NCBI GenBank assembly: GCA_964347615.1
Contig: CAYFZO010000006.1
Coordinates: forward strand, 4,126 to 68,125
Direction of reading: 5' to 3'
Length of the DNA stretch: 64,000 nucleotides
DNA from: an uncultured Chromatiales bacterium
GTDB taxonomy: Bacteria; Pseudomonadota; Gammaproteobacteria; Poriferisulfidales; Oxydemutatoraceae
Shown: piece after piece, positions 54,819 to 64,000 of the stretch
Position numbering within the stretch: the first letter of the stretch is position 1
Layout of the letters: each line of letters starts with the position of its first letter
Notes under the pieces: model-generated
Database searches by the model: none
Seen by the model: only the letters and a program-made list of their open reading frames with translations
Told to the model about the DNA's origin: nothing
Made by a program: the position numbers and the translations under genes

Positions 54819-56152
54819 TCAGGCAGATGCTGTGCCCAGCGGCGCGGCACCGATTGGTAGCCGCTGACCAGGAAGCTGAACGAGAACGCGATGCCGCCGA
54901 CGGTGAACAGCCAGAACGCACCGGTATCGATCGGCTTCGAGGCTTTGTCCCGGCCGACCATGTAGTACATGAACGCAAAGATCATCGCCACCAGGCCGAC
55001 GAGCAGGTAGGTGTGGAAGTGTCCCGGCACCCACATCGTGTTGTGCATCACGTGGTTGACCGTGATCGTCCCGTCGATGACCGCGGGAATCACGCCGACC
55101 GCCCAGCCGAACACCGACAGGAACAAGAGCCGCGAGACGACGTCCCATTGCATCCCGGAGCGATACACCAGGGTAAGTGCGCCGAACGCGGTCACCAGGA
55201 GAATCGGGAAGCCGCTGAGATAGGAAATCACCTGCCCGAGGACCAACGCCCAGGTGGGCATGGCGAAGTCCATCAGCAAGTGGTGCGGGTACACGATCAG
55301 CACCATGATCGTCGAGGCGGTCCACGCGGCGAGAAAGATCTTGCTGACTTTCCACGGACGGCCGGCGTATTCCGGCAGGATGGCGTACACCGCGATGACC
55401 GCCTGATAGATCGTCGCGTTGATGAAGACGTGGCCGAAGAAGTAGATCAGGTTCTTGGCGAGCAGCGCGTCAACCGCGAACTGCGGCATGAAAAGGTTCA
55501 CGAGCATCAGCACCAGCACCACCGCGGCACCGAGGATGCCGGCGACGTTGACGATCAGCACCATCGTCGAGGCGACCACCGCGGGCGGCGGCGGCTCGTC
55601 GGTGCTCGACCCGAACAGTTGCGGCCAGCCGAGCCCTTTCGCGAGCGAGCCGTATCTCCCGATGATGGCGCGGGCGACGTCCAGGTAAAGCAGCAGGAAC
55701 CCGACCCCGATGGACAGGATGCCGAGCATGTAGGACGCGGCGCCCGCCGTGCCCCAAGCGCCCATGCCGTGCGAGGGCAGCGGGAACAGGAACGTCCAGG
55801 CACCGGCGAAGCCGCCGAGAAAGATGCCGCCGAGCACCAGCACGACGCCGAGCAGGAAGAACCCGAGGTTCGCCCACAGGATCGCGGTGGTGAGCTCGAC
55901 GTGGCGGCGCAGGAAGTACCACAGCACGGCGCTGCCCGCGAGACCCGAGACGCCGACCATCCCCGCGCCGTGGGCGGTCATGATCTGATAGAAGACGCCG
56001 GGGCTCACGCCGAACCACGCCGCCTGCCCCGCCCGCAGCACGAGACCGAAGACCATCAGCAACAGGTAAACCACGGCGGTGACGCCGAGGTAGGTCAGGA
56101 CGCCCGCCCTGGCGTCGGGTTGAATCGGCGAAACGCCGGTGCCTGTGCTCAT
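54707..56152 (-). CDS. Haem-copper oxidase subunit I (short, B-type/ba3-like)
   Basis: Three elements occur in the canonical order: 'YFFGHVFINA', then 'VYPHHLL', then 'NTMWVPGHFHTY'. About 12 TM helices. Confidence 0.75.
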   Translation of the reverse strand: MSTGTGVSPIQPDARAGVLTYLGVTAVVYLLLMVFGLVLRAGQAAWFGVSPGVFYQIMTAHGAGMVGVSGLAGSAVLWYFLRRHVELTTAILWANLGFFLLGVVLVLGGIFLGGFAGAWTFLFPLPSHGMGAWGTAGAASYMLGILSIGVGFLLLYLDVARAIIGRYGSLAKGLGWPQLFGSSTDEPPPPAVVASTMVLIVNVAGILGAAVVLVLMLVNLFMPQFAVDALLAKNLIYFFGHVFINATIYQAVIAVYAILPEYAGRPWKVSKIFLAAWTASTIMVLIVYPHHLLMDFAMPTWALVLGQVISYLSGFPILLVTAFGALTLVYRSGMQWDVVSRLLFLSVFGWAVGVIPAVIDGTITVNHVMHNTMWVPGHFHTYLLVGLVAMIFAFMYYMVGRDKASKPIDTGAFWLFTVGGIAFSFSFLVSGYQSVPRRWAQHLPEWIGLSQPAAVVAVLIVLATAVFTVRFLTGLKHARTA

Positions 56153-56172
56153 GATCCGCCTCCTCCTTCAGG

Positions 56173-56757
56173 TCACGGGGTTACGGTGAACTCGCTGATC
56201 ATCACGTGGTGGGCGAGCCCGCAATACTCAAGGCACATCAGCTTGTAAGCGCCGGGCCGGTCGAACTTCAGCTCGAGCGAGTTGGTGTAGCCGGGCATCG
56301 CCTGAGTCTGCCCGATCAGGCGCATGTCGGGGTCATAGACGCCGAGGCCGTGGTTGACGTCGGCGGTGGTGACGTGGAAGACGACCGTGTCGCCGGCTTT
56401 CGCGCGTTGGCTGCTCAGCTCCCAGTACCATTGATGTCCCTTGACGTCGATCGCGACGGCATCGTCCGAGACCTTTCCTCGGGTCGCCGCGTAAGGCAGG
56501 TCCAGCGTGGTGACGATCGTGATGAGGACGCCCGCGACCAGCAGCACCCAGAACAGCTTGGAACGGAAAGCACCGGCTTTCGCCTGCGTCGGCGCGTATT
56601 CGTCGGCGCGGCGGCCGGCGTTGAGAGCGACAAAGATGAAGATCGCCGAGACAATCGCCATGAGTACGGCGGTCAATATAAACACGGTGTCGTGAATCAT
56701 AAGCCATCTCCTTGAGGCCCCGCCCGGCGAGCGGTTGACTACGTACTCGGGATACAT
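56173..56757 (-). CDS. Cytochrome c oxidase subunit II (CuA cupredoxin domain)
   Basis: An N-terminal TM helix is present. The CuA site is 'CLEYCGLAHHVM' (C-x-E-x-C-G-x2-H-x2-M). Confidence 0.8.
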   Translation of the reverse strand: MYPEYVVNRSPGGASRRWLMIHDTVFILTAVLMAIVSAIFIFVALNAGRRADEYAPTQAKAGAFRSKLFWVLLVAGVLITIVTTLDLPYAATRGKVSDDAVAIDVKGHQWYWELSSQRAKAGDTVVFHVTTADVNHGLGVYDPDMRLIGQTQAMPGYTNSLELKFDRPGAYKLMCLEYCGLAHHVMISEFTVTP

Positions 56758-56948
56758 AGTTAATTACGACCGCGGCGGAATGTCAATCTCGGCGGCGACG
56801 GCTTGCGTCCCGCGCGAGCGCGGCGTTCAGGACGGGCAAACGCGACGTCCCTAAGACCGGGCAGCTCAAAAGCGCACCCGGCTTTCTCGTCACGGCGCAA
56901 CCGACGCGGCGGGGCGACGCAAGCAACCGCGCTATAATCCACGCCGCC

Positions 56949-57836
56949 ATGGGCATCGACATCAGCAGCATCAAACGCGTCGCTCTGGCAATCAAGCCGA
57001 ACGAGGCGCGGGCGCTCGAATTGGCCGCAACGCTGACCGACTACCTGCTCGAACGTTTCGACGCGGTCGTCGCGGACAAGGAGTCCGCCGCCGCCGTCGG
57101 CAGCGAACGATTGACCGCGGTCGAAAAGGACGAGATCGGCGCCGCCTGCGATCTCGCCGTCGTGCTCGGCGGCGACGGCACTTTCCTCAGCGCGGCACGC
57201 GCCATGGCGCGGCACGGCGTGCCGATCGTCGGCGTCAACCTCGGGCGGCTGGGCTTCCTCACCGAAATCCCGCCCGAGGACATGCTCGCCCAGCTCGACC
57301 GCGTCCTCAGCGGCGATCACCACGTCGAGGAACGCACGATGATCGGCGTCACCTACCTCCGCGACGGGAACGCGTCGAGCCGCCAGGACGCGTGCAACGA
57401 CCTGACGCTCAAGCACAAGGACTCGGTGCGCATGATCGAAGTGGACACTTCAGTTGACGGCGTGTTCCTGAACACGGTGTGGTCGGACGGGCTGATCGTC
57501 TCGACGCCGACCGGCTCGACCGGCTACGCGCTGTCGAGCGGCGGGCCGATTGTCGAACCCACGCTCGACGCGTTGCTGCTGGTGCCGATCTGTCCGCACA
57601 CGCTGAGTTACCGCCCGTTGATCGTCAAGCCCGGCAAGCCGATCGAAATCCGCTACACCCGGCACAACAACGACGCCGGACTCGCCTCGGTCGACGGGCA
57701 AATCAACCAGGTGCTCAACCCCGGCGACGCGGTGATCGTCGAAACGCTGCCCTACAAGCTGCAACTGATCCAGCCGTCAAACCACGATTACCTGCGCACG
57801 CTGCGGACCAAGCTGCGTTGGAGCGAAAGGCTGTAA
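56949..57836 (+). CDS. nadK: NAD+ kinase
   Basis: 'VVLGGDGTFLSAAR' is the GGDG motif. 'NDLTL', 'DGLIVSTPTGSTGYALSSGGPIV' and the conserved nadK-recN adjacency also fit. Confidence 0.9.
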   Translation: MGIDISSIKRVALAIKPNEARALELAATLTDYLLERFDAVVADKESAAAVGSERLTAVEKDEIGAACDLAVVLGGDGTFLSAARAMARHGVPIVGVNLGRLGFLTEIPPEDMLAQLDRVLSGDHHVEERTMIGVTYLRDGNASSRQDACNDLTLKHKDSVRMIEVDTSVDGVFLNTVWSDGLIVSTPTGSTGYALSSGGPIVEPTLDALLLVPICPHTLSYRPLIVKPGKPIEIRYTRHNNDAGLASVDGQINQVLNPGDAVIVETLPYKLQLIQPSNHDYLRTLRTKLRWSERL

Positions 57837-57882
57837 GCCGTCCGGCGGTTCCCGACGAGTTCGCGGCGGGGAGTGAAATCCC

Positions 57883-59550
57883 ATGTTGAAATCGCTGGCG
57901 GTCGAGAATTTCACCATCATCGAAAAGGCGCATCTCGAATTCAGTGCCGGCATGACCACGATCACCGGTGAAACCGGCGCGGGCAAGTCGATCCTGATCG
58001 ACGCGCTCGGGCTCGCGCTCGGGCGGCGCGCGCAATCCCACTACCTGAACGCCGACGCCAAGCTGTCGGTGACGCTCGAGGTCGAGCCGGTCAATCTGCC
58101 GGACGTCGTCGCGTGGCTCGAAGAGCACGACCTTGCAAGCGGCGAGGAATGCATCCTGCGGCGCACCCTCGCCCGGGACGGTCGCTCGCGCGCGTTCATC
58201 AACGGCGCGCAGGTGCCGATTGCGCAGATGCAGTCGTTGAGCGCGCGGCTCATCGAGATCGTCGGGCAGAACTCGCAACAGCCGTTGATGCACCCCGGCG
58301 GACATCTCGATATTCTCGACGCGCAATGCAACCACGACGACGCACTGGAGGCGCTCAGGACGGTACACCGCGAGTGGAGCGCGACGTCGCGGAAGCTGAA
58401 GGCGCGGCTTCAGCAAAGCAGCGAGATCGAAGACCGCGTCGCGCTGCTGAACTACCAGCTCAAGGAGCTCGATGAATTCGCGCCCGAGGACGGCGAGTTC
58501 GAGCGGGTCGATCAGGCGCACCGGCGCCTGTCGAAGAAAGAGTTGCTGCGCGAGGAGGCGCACCGGGCGCTGGCCTTGCTCGACCAGACCGAATCGAGCG
58601 ACGCTTCGGCGCAGATCGCCGCCGCCGCGCGTTCGTTGCGCGCGCTGGCCGACGCCGACCCGGGGCTTGCGACCGCAAGCGAACAGCTCGACGCCGCGCT
58701 CGACCACGTGCAGACCGCGAGCCGTGAAATCCGCGACTGCCTCGAGCGCGTCGAGGTCAGCGAGGAGGAATACCAGGCGTTGGAGAAGCGCCTGCGCGGC
58801 TATCTCGACCTGTCGCACAAATACAAGACCAAGCCGGAGGCGCTCGTCGAGTTCCGACGCGGCCTGAGAAAGACGCTCGACGAGACCGAGAGTCCCGAGG
58901 CGAACCCCGAAGCGATGCAACGCCGGCTCGACGAGCTGAAAGCCCGTTACGCAACGCTCGCCGGCAAGGTCGGCAAACGCCGCAGGGCGACGGCCACCGC
59001 GCTATGCAAGGAGGTGACGAGCACCCTCGAGGATCTCAACATGCAAGGCGCCGAATTCAGCGTCGAGTTCAAACCCAACGACGACGACGCACCGAGCGCC
59101 CACGGCGGCGAGCAAGCCGAGTTCTTCGTGCGCACCAACGCGGGGCAGCCGCCCGGCCCGCTCGCGCGGATCGCGTCGGGCGGCGAGCTGTCGCGCGTCA
59201 GCTTGGCGATACAGGCGGCGTTCGCGGCGAAAAACCCGGTGCCGACGCTGGTTTTCGACGAGGTGGACGCGGGGGTCGGCGGCAAGACCGCCGAATTGGT
59301 CGGCAAGCTGCTGAAGAAAATCAGCGCGGGCGCCCAAGTATTCTGCGTCACCCATCTGCCGCAAGTCGCGGCCCAGGCCGACCATCACTTCCGGGTGGAC
59401 AAGCAGGAACGCGACGGGCGCACGCGGGTAGGCGTCGCCGCGTTGTCGCCGGAGCAGCGCCGCGGCGAAATCGCGCGGATGATGGCGGGTGCCGAAATCA
59501 CCGAGAAGTCGCTTGCGCACGCGGGCGAGATGCTGAACCCGCGGGGATGA
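57883..59550 (+). CDS. recN: DNA repair protein RecN
   Basis: 'LAVENFTIIEKAHLEFSAGMTTITGETGAGKSILIDAL' is the N-terminal Walker A of RecN. An SMC-like coiled coil follows. The C-terminus has 'GGELSRVSLAI' and 'LVFDEVDAGVGG'. Confidence 0.9.
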   Translation: MLKSLAVENFTIIEKAHLEFSAGMTTITGETGAGKSILIDALGLALGRRAQSHYLNADAKLSVTLEVEPVNLPDVVAWLEEHDLASGEECILRRTLARDGRSRAFINGAQVPIAQMQSLSARLIEIVGQNSQQPLMHPGGHLDILDAQCNHDDALEALRTVHREWSATSRKLKARLQQSSEIEDRVALLNYQLKELDEFAPEDGEFERVDQAHRRLSKKELLREEAHRALALLDQTESSDASAQIAAAARSLRALADADPGLATASEQLDAALDHVQTASREIRDCLERVEVSEEEYQALEKRLRGYLDLSHKYKTKPEALVEFRRGLRKTLDETESPEANPEAMQRRLDELKARYATLAGKVGKRRRATATALCKEVTSTLEDLNMQGAEFSVEFKPNDDDAPSAHGGEQAEFFVRTNAGQPPGPLARIASGGELSRVSLAIQAAFAAKNPVPTLVFDEVDAGVGGKTAELVGKLLKKISAGAQVFCVTHLPQVAAQADHHFRVDKQERDGRTRVGVAALSPEQRRGEIARMMAGAEITEKSLAHAGEMLNPRG

Positions 59551-59587
59551 GCCGCGACCGCTTTCCGGCGGCGGCAAGGCGGAAAAC

Positions 59588-60043
59588 CTACTTGAGATCC
59601 TTGTGGTCTTCCCGGCGGTCTTCCCGGCAGTCTTCCCGGTTACAGTCCACGTACATCGTCAGTTCGTGGTCGGCGATCGAAAAGCCGTTGCTCTTCGCAA
59701 CCTCGCGCTGGCGCTGCTCGATCGTCTCGTCCATGAACTCGGTGATCTTGCCGCAGCGGATGCACACCATGTGGTCGTGGTGATGCCCTCGGTCGAGCTC
59801 GAACACCGCGGTATTGCCTTCGAAGTGATGGCGGATCACCAGCCCTGCCGCCTCGAACTGGGTAAGCACGCGGTACACCGTCGCAAGCCCGATTTCCTCT
59901 CCCGCCTCGAGCAGTTTCCGGTAGAGGCTGTCGGCGGTGACGTGGTGGACGTCGGCGCGCTCCAGCAGCTCGAGGATTTTCATCCTCGGCAATGTCACCT
60001 TGAGCCCGGCGGCTTTCAGGTTCTGGTGTTCGGAGGCGCCCAT
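59588..60043 (-). CDS. fur: Ferric uptake regulator Fur
   Basis: 'LKVTLPRMKILELLE...HVTADSLYRKL...IGLATVYRVLTQFEAAGLV...HHHDHMVCIRCGKI...' is the Fur winged-helix plus HHxH/CxxC metal sites. The start was set at the internal Met ('MGASEHQ'). The ORF track over-extends the gene in GC-rich DNA. Confidence 0.85.
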   Translation of the reverse strand: MGASEHQNLKAAGLKVTLPRMKILELLERADVHHVTADSLYRKLLEAGEEIGLATVYRVLTQFEAAGLVIRHHFEGNTAVFELDRGHHHDHMVCIRCGKITEFMDETIEQRQREVAKSNGFSIADHELTMYVDCNREDCREDRREDHKDLK

Positions 60044-60651
60044 AAAATCGCAACCGTCGGCTTGATCGACGCAGCTTCGGTTTCGTCCCGATATTAACAC
60101 CAGCGGCGTACATTTCTCAACGCCGCGCGGGAAGCGATACAATCCGCAACGACCAAGCGTTCGCGCACGATGGAAACAACCGGGACTCACAGACACCAAT
60201 CCGCCGACGACCGACGATCCGCCGGGCGGTGAAGCGACGGCGGCCCGGAAGCAGAGAACCTGGGAGCAGTAAAAGTACGGGAGCCATGACAATCCGCGCA
60301 AGACGTGAAAGCACGCCGCCCGAACCGTTGTCGGTTGCGTCCCGGAACCATACCCGGAGCGAAGCGGTTGCACCGCCCGGCCGGCGCGTGCGGATTCGTA
60401 CGGCGCCGCTTCGCCGGAGAATTTCGCGGGCGACGTCGTCGCGTGTCTCACGGCACAAGTCGGGGCAAGCCGCGGCAAGCCCGGAACGGCGGCACCGCAA
60501 CCACCGCCCCGCGCCGCCGGCTGCAAGACCGTCGGGACTTTTGCGGAACGGGGCTTGCGGACGCGGCGGCAGGCCGTCCGCCGGTGAAGCGTTTGACGGA
60601 GGCAAAACGCCTCACAAAACATCCCACAAAATATCTCAGGGGTTCACGTAC

Positions 60652-61197
60652 ATGAACTCCAGGACAACGCCCTCGACGGGCGCCGCCGCATCGATGCGCA
60701 CCCCGAATCAGGTTTCGGCCCGGGTTTCGGCCCAGGTTTCAAGCCGGGTTTCAGGCACAGCCCGGAGCCTGTTCTTGGCTTTGGCGTTGGCGCCGCTGCT
60801 CGCGGGCTGTACCACGAAGTCCGACTTCAAGGAAAGCGGCGAATTCTTCAAGAAGATTTTCAGGAAAGAGACTTATTCACTGTATCGCCCCGATATTCAA
60901 CAGGGCAACACCGTGGACCCGGCCAAGCTCGCCCAGCTCAAGCTCGGCATGAGCAAGAAACAGGCACGCTACTTGCTGGGCAATCCGATCGCCGAAAACG
61001 TATTTCACAGGAACCGCTGGGTCTACACCTACTACCTGATACCGGGCAGGGGAGAACGGCGACGTTATCAGCTGGTGTTGTTCTTCAGCGAAAATCGACT
61101 GTACAAAATCCGGAAATCGAAAGAGATCGCGGAACTTGAGAGAAAGCCGCGCAAGAAGAGCAAGCCGCGACGAAGCAAGCGCGAAGACGGAAGCTAA
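60652..61197 (+). CDS. bamE: Outer membrane assembly lipoprotein BamE (SmpA/OmlA family)
   Basis: A signal peptide plus lipobox ('LLAGCTT') is present. 'VDPAKLAQLKLGMSKKQARYLLGNPIA...FHRNRWVYTYY' fits BamE. The upstream part of the ORF-track entry is an over-extension. Confidence 0.7.
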   Translation: MNSRTTPSTGAAASMRTPNQVSARVSAQVSSRVSGTARSLFLALALAPLLAGCTTKSDFKESGEFFKKIFRKETYSLYRPDIQQGNTVDPAKLAQLKLGMSKKQARYLLGNPIAENVFHRNRWVYTYYLIPGRGERRRYQLVLFFSENRLYKIRKSKEIAELERKPRKKSKPRRSKREDGS

Positions 61198-61228
61198 GCC
61201 GGAAGCTGGCCGGGATCTGGGCCGGGAG

Positions 61229-61525
61229 CTAAGCGTCGCGCGCCGCGCGACGGCGACGCGCTTCCATCGGGGCGCGCTTGAGCGGGCGGTAGATCTCGAT
61301 GCGGTCGCCGTCGGCGGGCACCGCGTCGAACCCGACCTGCTCGCCGAAGATGCCGACCCCGCCCTTGCCGCCCGCGGGATCGACCTCCGGCGGACATTGC
61401 GTCAGGATCCCCGAGCGGCGGACGATGCCGGCGACGGTCTCGCCGGGACGCGCGCGCAACTTGATCGACACCCGGTAGCCGCGTTCGGCGTACACCACCT
61501 CGACCTTGATCGCGCCGGCTGTCAC
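61229..61525 (-). CDS. rnfH: RnfH-family ubiquitin-like protein (UPF0125; RatB-like)
   Basis: 'IKVEVVYA...SGIL...EVDPAGG.VGIFG...DGDRIEIYRPL' fits RnfH. It is adjacent to ratA, as in the conserved smpB-ratA-rnfH-bamE neighbourhood. Confidence 0.7.
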   Translation of the reverse strand: MTAGAIKVEVVYAERGYRVSIKLRARPGETVAGIVRRSGILTQCPPEVDPAGGKGGVGIFGEQVGFDAVPADGDRIEIYRPLKRAPMEARRRRAARDA

Positions 61526-61959
61526 GCCCGCCCGTACACTTCACCGGCGCGCTCGGCGAAAGCCTCCACCAAGGACGACGCCACCCGCTCGAACACCGGC
61601 TTGAGCAAGCCCGCGTAGACGCGGTTGGAGAAATCAAAGTCCAGCCTCAGCTCGACCGTGCAGCCGCCGCCCTCAAGCGACGCGAACGTCCATTTGCCCC
61701 TGAGGTGCTTGAACGGACCCGCGGCGAGCTCCATCTCGATCGAACTCGGCGGCACGTTGCGGTTGAGCGTGGTCAGCGACAAGCCCACGCCTTTGTGCTT
61801 CAGGTGCAGGGTTGCGCGCGTGCGCCCGCGGTCTTCGCCTTCTATCGACGATCCGTCGCACCACGGCAGGAAGTTCTGGTACGCGGCGACGTCGCTGACC
61901 AGCGCGTACATCTGGTCGCAGGAGTACGCCGTCGTCGCCCGCCGCAGGATTGCCGCCAT
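61522..61959 (-). CDS. ratA: SRPBCC-fold protein RatA/PasT (Coq10-like)
   Basis: 145-aa protein with 'YSCDQMYALVSDVAAYQNFLPWC' at the N-terminus. Conserved position between smpB and rnfH. Confidence 0.7.
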   Translation of the reverse strand: MAAILRRATTAYSCDQMYALVSDVAAYQNFLPWCDGSSIEGEDRGRTRATLHLKHKGVGLSLTTLNRNVPPSSIEMELAAGPFKHLRGKWTFASLEGGGCTVELRLDFDFSNRVYAGLLKPVFERVASSLVEAFAERAGEVYGRA

Positions 61960-61962
61960 ACC

Positions 61963-63321
61963 TCAAAACGGCCACACGAGGCTGACGAAGACCGCGCCGA
62001 TGGCGATCGGGCTCAGATAGCGCAGCATGAAACGCCACAGGCGGTAAAAACCCTCGTTCCTGATGTTGAGTTCCTCGCGCAACACGAAAGCGGGCAGCTT
62101 CCAGCCCCCGTACAGCGCAATCAGGATGCCGCCGAACGGCAGCAGGACGTTCGCCGTCAGGTAATCGAACGAGTCGAACACGGTGCGCCCGAACACCGTC
62201 CAATTTTCCGCGTCGCTGAAGGAAAACACCGTGCCGAGACCGAGCAGCCAAGCGACGAAGCCGATGATCCACGCCGCCCCGCCCCGCCCGATGCGCCAGT
62301 TGTCGGTCAACCACGACAGCCCCGGCTCGATCAAGGACACCGCCGAGGTCCACGCCGCGACAAACAGCAGGAAAAAGAACACCGCGCCCAGCACCTCACC
62401 CCCCGGGATGCCCCCGAACACCAACGGCAGGGTCTGGAACACCAACCCCGCCCCCTGCCCGGGTTCGAGGCCGTAGTGAAACACCAGGGAAAACACGATC
62501 AGCCCGGCGACGATTGCGACCAGCGAGTCCAACGCGGCGATGACGAAAGCCGTGCGCACGATCGGGACCTGAGCCGGCAGGTATGAACCGTACACCATGA
62601 TCGCGCCCAAGCCGATGCTCAAGGAGAAGAACGCCTGACCCAACGCCGCGAGCACGCCGGCGCCGGTGAGTTTCGAGAAGTCGAACACGAACATGTACTC
62701 GACAGCGGCGTCGAACCCGGTCTTGACCGCCACGTACGCCAAAAGCACCACAAGCAGGATAAACAGCACCGGCATCATAAACTTCACCGCTTTCTCGAGA
62801 CCGGATTTTATGTTCCACCCCATCACGCTCGAGGTGAAGACGATGAAGAGCGTGTGCCAAGCGAGCAATTTCTCGGTGCTGCCCGTGAGGTCCGAAAAGA
62901 TATGCGCGACGCCTTCCACCGTCGCCCGCTCGAAAGTGCCGGCGCCGGTGCGGAAAAAATACGCCATCGTCCAACCCGCGATGACGCTGTAGTAAGACAG
63001 GATCATCAGCGCCGCGCCCACGCCCATGAGGCCGACCCCTTTCCACGCGCGGTGCACGCCGAATTCCGCGGACAATCGTTGCATCGCGTGCACCGGGCTG
63101 CCGCACCCCCGACGCCCGATCAGGATCTCGCTGGTCATGATCGGCAAGATCAGCACCACCGCGAGCAAGTAAACCAAGATGAACGCGCCGCCGCCGTGCT
63201 GACCGGTGACGTAGGGGAACTTCCAGATGTTGCCGAGTCCGACCGCCGAGCCGGTCGCCGCCAGAATGAACACCCATTGCGACGACCACTGGCTGCGGAC
63301 GTTTTGACTCAGCGTAGACAT
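61963..63321 (-). CDS. Sodium-dependent transporter of the NSS (SNF) family
   Basis: 'ILAATGSAVGLGNIWKFPYVTGQHGGGAFILVY' is the NSS signature in TM1. About 12 TM helices. Confidence 0.85.
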   Translation of the reverse strand: MSTLSQNVRSQWSSQWVFILAATGSAVGLGNIWKFPYVTGQHGGGAFILVYLLAVVLILPIMTSEILIGRRGCGSPVHAMQRLSAEFGVHRAWKGVGLMGVGAALMILSYYSVIAGWTMAYFFRTGAGTFERATVEGVAHIFSDLTGSTEKLLAWHTLFIVFTSSVMGWNIKSGLEKAVKFMMPVLFILLVVLLAYVAVKTGFDAAVEYMFVFDFSKLTGAGVLAALGQAFFSLSIGLGAIMVYGSYLPAQVPIVRTAFVIAALDSLVAIVAGLIVFSLVFHYGLEPGQGAGLVFQTLPLVFGGIPGGEVLGAVFFFLLFVAAWTSAVSLIEPGLSWLTDNWRIGRGGAAWIIGFVAWLLGLGTVFSFSDAENWTVFGRTVFDSFDYLTANVLLPFGGILIALYGGWKLPAFVLREELNIRNEGFYRLWRFMLRYLSPIAIGAVFVSLVWPF

Positions 63322-63389
63322 GGACGGAAAGTTTTCATCGCCCGTCGCAGCCCGGCGGGCGCGCTTATAATAGCAGACGTTCGGGAGAA

Positions 63390-63857
63390 GTGACGATGAA
63401 AAACACCGACAGCCTCATCGCCGACAACCCTCAGGCGCGACGCAACTATTTCATTGAAGACCGGTTTGAAGCGGGGCTTGCGCTGGAGGGGTGGGAAGTC
63501 AAGAGCCTGCGGCAGAAACGCCTGCAGCTGAAGGAGGGGTACGCCTACGTCAAGGACGGCGAGGTATGGCTGCTCGGCGCGCACATCAGCCCCCTGCCCT
63601 CGTCCAATGCCCACCCCGAACCCGTGCCGTCCCGGACCCGCAAACTGCTGCTCAACAAGACCGAGATCAGGCGCCTGATCGGCGCGGTCGAGCGCAAGGG
63701 CTATACCCTGGTGCCGCTGAAGGCATACTGGAAGAACAACCGCGCGAAAGTCGAAATCGGCGTCGGCAAGGGCAAGCACGTGCACGACCGGCGCGACGCG
63801 GAAAAACGACGCGATTGGCAAAGGGAAAAACGCCGCTTGCTCAAACAATCGGCGTAG
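63390..63857 (+). CDS. smpB: SsrA-binding protein SmpB
   Basis: '[29 protein letters not shown]' and '...GAHISPL...' fit SmpB. The K/R-rich C-terminal tail is typical. Confidence 0.9.
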   Translation: [155 protein letters not shown]

Positions 63858-64000
63858 ACGCGGGCGAAGCGCGCTTTACGCGTCGCAGGAATACGCGCCG
63901 TCGGCGTAGCCTTTCTCCCGGACGTGCTGCATCGCCTTGTCCACGCACTCGTTGTAGGTGCCGAACTTGCCGATCATCTCGGTCTTCGCTCCCGGCCCCT

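Noticed and set aside
52712-56248. Plus-strand ORFs across the oxidase operon (52,712..53,623, 53,464..54,153, 53,678..54,373, 54,599..56,248 and others)
   Set aside because: They are antisense to clearly identified GATase, SCO1 and haem-copper oxidase genes. Their composition is Arg/Asp/His-rich low complexity.
63858-64000. Possible ssrA (tmRNA) downstream of smpB
   Set aside because: Only 140 bp remain before the window end, and they appear to be the 3' end of a minus-strand coding region. No tmRNA features were discernible.

Overview
The window is a mosaic defence/accessory island (1 to about 52,600) joined to a GC-rich core segment (about 52,700-64,000) that looks gammaproteobacterial. 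All calls below come from reading motifs in the supplied translations; nothing was run against a database.

Island content, left to right:
- 1-5,223: an OLD-family ABC-ATPase/Toprim nuclease translationally coupled to a type III Res-like SF2 helicase-nuclease.
- 5,284-6,222: a HEPN-like protein.
- 6,559-18,136: a complete type I-G (formerly I-U)-like CRISPR-Cas locus on the minus strand. It carries cas3 with a C-terminal HD domain, csb1/csb2-like genes, a cas4-cas1 fusion, cas2, and an array of about 32 repeats of 36 bp.
- 18,300-28,800: a GC-rich block holding two HTH-ImmA regulators, a frameshifted outer-membrane-protein gene, a RES-Xre toxin-antitoxin pair with a repeat-rich antitoxin and a frameshifted RES gene, an about 850-bp segmental duplication, and an ECF sigma/anti-sigma pair. 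It also holds a bufferin-type RiPP operon (DUF2282 precursor, DUF692/MNIO enzyme, DUF2063 partner).
- 29,141-31,097: an ABC ATPase plus Toprim-like two-gene module, PARIS/OLD-like.
- 31,090-51,195: a module of about 20 kb bracketed by imperfect direct repeats of about 170 bp.
- 51,296-52,492: an Mrr-like PD-(D/E)xK protein.

The 20-kb module is the most interesting part. It combines:
- a 2TM SLATT-like protein;
- an SNF2 helicase (DrmD-like) coupled to a 1,791-aa N6-adenine methyltransferase (DrmMI-like);
- a divergent HTH-ImmA plus PIN-like pair;
- a ubiquitin-like/E2/JAB/E1 conjugation operon;
- a 1,998-aa DEAD-type helicase with Zn-ribbons, a DUF1998-like region, a DUF559-like nuclease region and a C-terminal LexA/S24 peptidase domain preceded by a LexA-like Ala-Gly self-cleavage motif.

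I am not aware of a described system with this composition.

The core segment encodes a GATase1 protein, a ba3-type cytochrome oxidase with its assembly genes, nadK, recN, fur, bamE, rnfH/ratA, an NSS transporter and smpB.
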